Shown in pieces: positions 56,037 to 64,000 of a DNA stretch of 64,000 nucleotides. The stretch covers positions 4,650,001 through 4,714,000 of the forward strand of contig NC_043016.1 of assembly GCF_006345805.1 (NCBI RefSeq), written 5' to 3'. A program made the position numbers and the translations under genes. The notes under the pieces are model-generated. The model had not been told where the DNA came from. It saw only the letters and a program-made list of their open reading frames with translations, and ran no database searches. Each line of letters starts with the position of its first letter. Position 1 is the stretch's first letter. Source of the stretch: Octopus sinensis. Lineage: Eukaryota.

Positions 56037-56484
56037 TAATTATATTTATTTTTTGTTTTTTATGTTTTGGTTTATGTCTATAACTGTTTGAGTTGCCTAA
56101 TAGTGGTTTTATCTCTAATTTAATTTATATATATATATACATCCCTTTCCATGGTGTCCAGAACTGTGAACCTTGGCATGACTAGCTACATTCGACAATG
56201 CCATTGCCTCCTAACAGCCAAAGCCTAAGCAGTCAGAGCCAAGAGATGTCCAAAGCTTCTGTCATTCATCAAGCATCAAGGTGCAGGAAAAAGTCTTGTG
56301 AATAAGATGAAGTTCACTGAGGATGCTGAGGTGTACTTCGCAGAAATTCTTGAGAGATTGCATACAACCCTTCTGACATCTCCCATTGTATTTGAGGCTA
56401 AGAATCCTGCCTCTGCAATGATATTTGGAGCCGTGACAAGTGATGAAAGTGTCACGGATCCAAATGTTTTGCTATATGAGCTGG

Positions 56485-56890
56485 CAGGACCGTTAGCACG
56501 CCAGGCGAAATGCGTAGCTGTATTTCGTCTGCCGTTACGTTCTGAGTTCAAATTTCGCCGAGGTCGACTTTGCCTTTCATCCTTTTGGGGTCAATTAAAT
56601 AAGTACCAGTTATGCACTGGGGTCGATGTAATCGACTTAATTCGTTTGTCTGTCCTTGTTTGCCCTCTCTGTGTTTAGCCTGTTGTGGGTAGTAAAGAAA
56701 TAGGTATTTCGTCTGCCGTTACATTCTGAGATCAAATTCCACTCAGGTTGACTTTGCCTTTCATCCTTTCGGGGTCGATAAATTAAGTACCTGTTATGCA
56801 CTGGAGTCGATATAATCAACTTAATCCGTTTGTCTGTCCTTGTTTGTCCCCTCTGTGTTTAGCCCCTTGTGGGTAGTAAAGAAATATATA
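56485..56890 (+). mobile_element. Deu/Nin-domain SINE with 184-bp tandem duplication
   Basis: TATTTCGTCTGCCGTTAC at 56521 and 56705; GCCTTTCATCCTTT.GGGGTC.AT AAAT.AGTACC core. Confidence 0.85.
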
Positions 56891-57465
56891 TGAGGTTGTA
56901 GTGATGTTCCATCCATGAGACTAAGTCCTACAAGAGTTTGTGTCTCACCCACTCGTAACAACAAACTTTTCATCCACTCTGCCTTAAGAAATCCAACTGC
57001 AACTCCTCTTCTAACTGCATCTTTTTCATCCTCACATTTCCTCTTCATAAATTATGATTCTTGTCCAATACCCTTTCTTGCCCTCACTGCCCCGATCACT
57101 GCATCGCTGCTCCCCACACTCCCAATGCGCACACCTTATTTTTCTACCTAGGTTCTATACTCAACACTTTTACTGTTTCCTGCTCTCTCTCTCTCTCTCT
57201 CTCTCTCCTTCTGTTGTTTTCCCTCTGACTTGGTAACTAAATATCTCTTTTACATCAGCACATTTGTTTCTGGCCTCTTTCTTGTAGCTCTCTCTCTCTC
57301 CCCCTCTCTCTCTCTCTTTTTCTAGATGGCATCTCTAGATGACATTTCTAGAAACATCTCCCCCACTATGTACAATTTTTACCAAAATTCATGAACTTCA
57401 CTACATATTTCTTGTTAATGTAGACCATCCTCATTCTGTTTGATTAAGTTCTTTTTCATTGTTCT

Positions 57466-57505
<40 letters not shown>

Positions 57506-57519
57506 ACCTAAAATATACA

Positions 57520-58170
57520 TATGAAAATCGTGTTTGTCCGTTTTTTAAATATAGCCAAGACTCCAGCACCTACCTAGATATCGAAAAGCCACAGCGATCA
57601 GATAGTTGCAGCCATCTTTGGGCACTGTCTGTGAGAAAAAACAGCACTATGGCGCAATTTGCTCTGCCAGAAATTTAGAAACAATATACTGTACTGTAAG
57701 CATTCACACCGAAAGCTCCAATGCGAACGTTTCAGAATGTTTTGGTGTCAATTTGAGGAAATGTTCCAAGAGTGATAAAAATCAAACATCCAGTCAACAT
57801 CATGGTGTTTGGAGTGATCACTAGTGATGGCGATCATATGTCTCCACTTATCTTATCACATGGCCTCAGACTCAAAATGGAGGCCCGCATCAAGTGCCTG
57901 GAGGAGGTAGTGCTGCCTTGGATCAAGAGGGTGGCTGCTGGAAGACCCCCATGCTGCACAAAACAGGAGAACCCAGTCATGGCTGTCAGACAATTTCTGA
58001 AACCACATCACCTCTAACATCTGGTCACCTAACTCCTCAGGCTGCAATCCCCCTGATTATTATGTGTGAGGGGCAGTTGAGCTAAAGACCAACAAAACTC
58101 CTTGTAACACCAAAGAGGAACTGAAGGCAAGGATTATGGCAGCATTCACCAACTTAAACAAGGGTTACTT
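57520..58170 (+). mobile_element. maT/DD37D-like Tc1-mariner, internally deleted
   Basis: MAQFALPEI..., KHPVNIMVFGVITSDG, CLEEVVLPWIKRVAAGRP, W.PNSS.CNP.DYYV, NKTPCNTKEELKARI. Confidence 0.85.
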
Positions 58171-61099
58171 TTAAAAACCTACCATTAGTCATATAATTTG
58201 GGGAATTTTTCAATCAGTGAACTGTAAAAATTTATTGACATTATATAAAGACCCACCCACCACAACACAATTGGGATCCTAAACCCAAGATCCATGTAAT
58301 AAGCATTGGAGTGGGTGCTGGTGCCTCATGAAAAGTACATTCTGTAAAGTGGTTGGCATTAGGAAGGATATCCAGCTGTAGAAACCATACCAAAACAGAC
58401 TAAGGAAGCTGGTGCAGACCCTGACCATGCCAGTTCCTTTGAAGTTGTCCAACCATTGCCAGCTTGGGAAATTTAGTTTTTGATGATGATGATAGTATGG
58501 AAAAGTTTGTGTATAATTTAATCATTGGAGTCTAAGAGTCTTAGTTGAAGAAATTTTATACATTTTTCATTCACTGAAATTATAGGAATTCTTTTTCATT
58601 GCAACATGTTATTTCATAGGAACATGGTTTATATTTAACCATATACGAGGTGGTAGATTGTAGATTACCATTTGTTAGTTTTTCTGTTGATGCCATCATG
58701 GCATTGGAGGTGATGGAGGCTTGAGATTCCTAGGTGATGTTAAGAGATTGACAATATTTGTAAAAGTTAAGCTGCTTCACTGCACAGTTATGTCCATCCA
58801 CAAACAAGGTTAGAAAGTCACCGCTGCTGAACTGGTCTGATGGTGGTGTGGTGGTCAGTTGAATGGACAGGGATCCCAATCTGAGAAACAATCTTGATTA
58901 TTAGGTACTGGGTTCTTGCAGAGAGCCTGGAAGATGGCAGAGAAGAGCTTTGGAGAATGGAAAGTCAGGTATTATAGGAATGACAGTGAGTGGTTGACTT
59001 GAAGTGGTTGGATTGTGAGAGGGGTAGGTCAGTGTGCTGTGATGGTATGGTAAGAAAAGCGGGATGGTGGTTGTGATGGAAGGGAGGTGTGACCAAAGAT
59101 AGAGTGGGATGATGTATAAATAAAGGATATATTGGGTAGTTGCTAGGGGAGGAGGAATGGTGTTGGAGTCGTGTAGGAAGTGGAGTTTATTGTTTTCGGT
59201 ATGTTAGGAACAATATAGAATCATGGCTAAGGTGAAGAATGAAGGAAAAAACAGTTTGTACAAAGATGGCATGAAAAGTGAGGAGAGTTGGTGATCTAAG
59301 GGGCAGTGTTTCCCAGTCTTGCTTCATGGCAAAGTTCAGTGGGGCCACAGAAAAAGTTAGGAATTAGAGTGGGAGCATAATCTCAATGAAGGGGACCTAA
59401 AAGTATCATCGTTTCCTCTTAAAATTTTTGTATTACCATTTGTAATTCTTTAAAATTTATACACCAAAATCATACATAGACACACATACACACAATGCAG
59501 TTTCAATATTTTAAGCTCCATCGTGACATAGTCATGGAACCTGATACTAAAAGCAGCATCAACCACAATGATTTCATTGAATAAATATAGTAAAATGTAA
59601 TACAATATATGAGTGCTAAAGGATTTTATTTTGGTGCTCAAAAAGTAATCATCTTTCAGAAGTTATTAAATTTTTGGGTAACAATAGAAGATTTTGCTAT
59701 GTGAGTTATATCATCATCATCATCACCCCACCACCATCACCCCCCACCATCACCCGCCCCACCATCATCATCATCACCATCATCATTATCACTGTCGTTG
59801 TCATCATCATCATCATCATCATCATCATCGTCATCATCATCATCATCACCACCGTCATCATCATTGTTTAAAGTTCGTTTTCCATGCTGGCATGCTTTGG
59901 ATGGTTCTTCAGGAGCTGGACACCTGTAAAAGACAGGCCTGTAGGTGTGGATGATTGCATCTTCTCAAGTTCAGAAAATCCCCAATGGAGCTTACTATAC
60001 ACATTGCTGAGGTGCACAATGTTATATACTATATATATAATGCTTGTCTCATTGCACCCTCAAAATATTTTTGTTTTTGTAAAACAGAAAAATACACAAT
60101 ATATGCTTATGAAGTTTATTACAGAAGTGGGGAAAGCTGGTGACCTTTGAATAATGCTATTTGTTAATGTCTATTTATTATTAATTTTAATTCATTATTA
60201 TTTATTAAAATTTACAAATTTGATTTCTATTAAAGGATTTTGATTTTTCCAGAAAAATAAAAGATTCCAAGAGTGTCATGAGCTAAATAATGTCAGGAAC
60301 TACTGAGCTTTGGTATAAATAGAGAAGAGAGTGGAATGAAGAGTAGCTTAGATGAAAAGACAAGAAGTATGCAAGTGAATAGGTTCAATGATAGTGGAAG
60401 AGTAAGGATTGGTACTTTAGACATTAGAGAGTAAGATGACGATGTGGTGGTGGTGGTGGTGGTGGTGTTGGTGGGGGTGGCAACTGCTTAGAAATAAAAT
60501 GTGGCAGGAAAATGCTTTAAATCTGCTGCATAACTACATTCAATCTTGATAAACTGTAATTATGTACAAAATAGTATCACCCTTGGGTAAACATTTTCCA
60601 AATATACCCTTAATACATACCCTACAGAGGAACATCCTTATCTTATTTTTGTTGATAATGATGATGATTATGATAACTATGATACGTACACAGACACGTA
60701 CGTATGCTGAATCACACACACACACACATCTTTGATCTTTTACCTGTTTCAGTCATTGGACTGTGGCCATGCTTGGGCGCATCTTGAGGGGTTTAATTGA
60801 ACAAAATGAACCCAGTGCTTATTCTTCAGCATGATACATTTTGTTTTTCAATTTCTTCTGGTGAAATGCAAAGTTGCAGGGATGTAAGTAAACTATCATG
60901 ACCATGTATGTGTTTATGTATGTATGTATGTATGTATGTATGTTTGTATGCATGTAAGCATGTTTGTATGCTTGTGTGTAAGTATGCATGTATATATATA
61001 CATGCATGTATGTTTATGTGTATGTATGTATGTATGTATGCATGTATGTATGTATGTATATATACATATGTAAGTACATATGTAAGTATGTATGCATGT

Positions 61100-61310
61100 A
61101 GGTGTGACTGCGTGCGTATCGTTGGTGATTTTCTTTCACTGTTTTCCCTTCCTTGGACTTTTCCTTTTTTCTATATTTCTGACGAAGAGCTCCGCTCGAA
61201 ACGTTAAATCCTCCTTCTTTCTTTCCTTTCCTGAGCATCCAATAACACTATACTTGTTCCACGTCCTCATGTTGTTGTGTTTTCTCTTTGTGTTTTCATG
61301 TTTGGATTAA
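61100..61310 (+). mobile_element. Penelope pLTR-like repeat with minimal hammerhead at 61175-61209
   Basis: ATTT-CTGACGA-AGAGCTCCGCTC-GAAA-CGTT|AAAT. Confidence 0.75.
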
Positions 61311-61974
61311 CTATATATATATATATATATATATATGTTTGTATGTATATATGTACATATGTAAGTATGTATGTATGCATGTAGATATGTATGTATATAT
61401 GTACATATGTAAGTATGTATGTATGTATGCATGTATGTCATTATTTAGTTTTATTTGCATATGTTTTACAAATAGAGAAAGAGCTAGTTTCTAACCTAGA
61501 TCCAAGGGATTTCAACATCATTGGGATTTCAACATCAACAACAAGGTATGTATGTATGTATGTATGTATATATGTATGTATGTGTGTATGTATGTATGTA
61601 TGTGTGTATGCATGTGTGTGTATGCACGCAAGTAGGTATGTATGTGTGCATATATGTATGTAAGTATATGTCAATATGTGTGTATGTATGTATATATTAT
61701 ATATATATACCCACATATGTATAAAAATATATATATATATATATATGCATATATATATACAATGTATAGACACAGGGTGTCTCACAAATTACCTTTATAA
61801 CTTTAAAAAATCAGAATAACAAAAAGAGGATTTCTCACATGGAACATTTCTATAGTTTTAATAAATCTTTATTTCTTTGCCTATGTTTTCCAATAAACTC
61901 TGCTGAATCATCCTTATTTTTATTCCCGAAAGTTTTCAGATTGCAAGGACAATTTATGCACCTGTCCCACCTTG

Positions 61975-62007
<33 letters not shown>

Positions 62008-63280
62008 ATATAGACACACACACATGCACACAAACACATGCACACACACACACACACATTAATATATATAATACGTTAAATGTCAGTTTGAATCTTGCTT
62101 GCTTGCAATGTTACTCAGCCAAACTGGTGTACTATGAATTAACTTTACCCTGAAATGTTAATACGAACAGAATGAAACATGTTTTGCATAAATTGGTAAG
62201 GTGGTTTTCAAGATATTAGAGATTTTGGGGGTATAAATACTCAAAACGGCACATAACGGGAAAATGTTCTGAAAATAATCCTTATCCTGAAAAGGAAAAA
62301 ACTCTTATCTTTCTATTAGGCAGTGATCTCTTTTTTCTATAGTAAATGTTTCTATTCTCGCTTTTCTTAAACACAATATTTTAATCCTTTAGAGATATTT
62401 TCAAGTGAATGTGATTTCAGAAATGTAAGTTTTTTGTATAGTAAGTATATATATTTTAGCTTTCTTTAAACAGATAATATTTTAATTTTTTTCTTTGCAA
62501 ATAGGTAATTTTATTTATAACTAAATATATATGTAAGTGTGAGACGTTTTTGAATTATTTTCAAGTGAATACCTTATGTTTACTGCTAAATTATTTTTTG
62601 TTTCTTTTGTAATTTTTTGCAAAAAGATTTTATTTGAGGATTTTACCTTTTTAAATTGTTTACTTACTTGTTTCACATGACTTTATACATTAAAATTTAT
62701 TGAAACTTCAAAACTTCTAACAGCTTTTGTCATCATATTGTTTTACTTTCATTTTATTCAATAAAAATTTGTCATCATAATGTTTTTACTTTCATTTTGT
62801 GATAGCTACTGCACAGAAAATGCCAGCTTCCAAATCCTGTTTCCTGATTGAGTAAAAGATATCAAACTTTAAACTTCTGTAAAATTTTCCCAAATTTTTT
62901 CTGGAACAAGTTAATAAACAAAATCAGAGTCAGCATAAAGAATTACATCAAAATACTTAATTGAAAAATTTTCATTTAATTTTAAACTTCATAAAACTTT
63001 GACAATAACATAAGGGATTCGTGGAAATTGTAGGTGTCTAATGCTCATCTATGTGCAACTGCTATGCATGTGGGGATAGGATACATGTGTTTATATGCTG
63101 GAGTGTGCATGAGAGCTGATGGCATCAGCTTGTTGATGGATATGTATATATTTGCTAGGGTGTGTGTATATACACAGGCATAGCAGGTACACAACGGGAA
63201 CAGCTTGATGTATTAGTGAATAATCAATGGTGTTGGAGAGTATAAGGATTGAAGTTGTAGTTGAGTAAAAGTTAACTGAT

Positions 63281-63910
63281 ATGGAGGGCTGGAAACCATC
63301 TGAATATTGGAAAAGAGTTACCTGTGTTATGATTCATGCCAGGTATAAAATTGCCAACAAAATGACTGATGTTCGATACTCTATAAACAATACAAAGGCT
63401 GTTAGCCATGACATGGACAGCTGCGACAGAGACTACAAAGCTGTGGCCGGCAGGAAACAACACAACAAGTGTTCTGACCGTGTCCCCTTGCTGGAGTTCA
63501 TTCCCACAACTAAGAACAGGGTCCCAAGGCAGACAGCCACGTGAGGCTGTTGGAGGTTGTGGTCAATCTGTGTCTGAAGAGGGTTTTTGATAGAAGGCCA
63601 CATAAATGTCTGCAGGATTCGGTTACTTGCTACACCTTCAGAAAGATAGCCAGAAGTGGTTATCAGAGAATTTCTAGGGCTCCACCAGCCCCAAATTCTG
63701 GTTACCTAATTTCCTTGTTGTAACCTCATGGATAACTAAATTTTGGGCATGGTTGAGAAAGACACCAACCACTCTGCCTGCAACACAAATGCTGAGCTGG
63801 TGGCCAAGACCAAGGGGCGCAGTCAGAAATGCATGTACCAGGTTTCAGAACTATCTTGAAGCTGTATTGAGGCTGTGATGGAAGCTGAGTGCAGCTACTC
63901 TGAGTAAACT
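63281..63910 (+). mobile_element. maT/DD37D-like Tc1-mariner relic
   Basis: PSEYWKR N-terminus; LKRVFDRRP..QDS..QKWLSENF..FWLPN..EKDTNHSACNT. Confidence 0.7.
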
Positions 63911-64000
63911 GTTATTTCCCCACCCACAATCTACTTGATGTAGGTACATATATAAGTAAATCAAAACATATATATACTTGTGTATGTTTTATATATATAT

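Noticed and set aside
58640-59400. Purine-rich stretch, possibly an old minus-strand Penelope fragment
   Set aside because: No unambiguous motif recoverable by eye.

Overview
Eukaryotic, AT-rich, repeat-dominated genomic DNA. The SINE/LINE/transposon repertoire and dense microsatellites point to an octopus (coleoid cephalopod) genome; this is an inference. No host protein-coding gene can be named with confidence, and most ORFs in the six-frame track are translations of microsatellites. The window is a mosaic of: RTE, R4/Dong (RLE), Tx1/L1, CR1 and Penelope-like retroelement fragments; mariner, maT-like and hAT-like DNA transposon relics; a MITE with an 8-bp TSD; and several tRNA-derived SINE families. 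The most notable signal is six type I hammerhead ribozyme motifs from three unrelated sequence families, all with palindromic stem III. They are: a 355-nt circularly permuted retrozyme/pLTR-like unit (29.3-29.8 kb), a 200-bp-arm palindrome with one hammerhead on each strand (28.3-28.9 kb), and three dispersed pLTR-like copies showing a compensatory stem I change. Several of these modules sit next to inverted duplications of local DNA. Other highlights: a PHD finger inserted inside an RTE reverse transcriptase, a (TAA)n-nested cluster of Dong-like elements with a possible non-coding passenger, an RTE insertion with a twin-priming signature, and a Tx1 element with an inversion plus a 300-bp inverted duplication. 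Scattered 1-nt indels suggest residual long-read error, so some frameshifts may be artefacts. TE boundaries were read by eye and are approximate.
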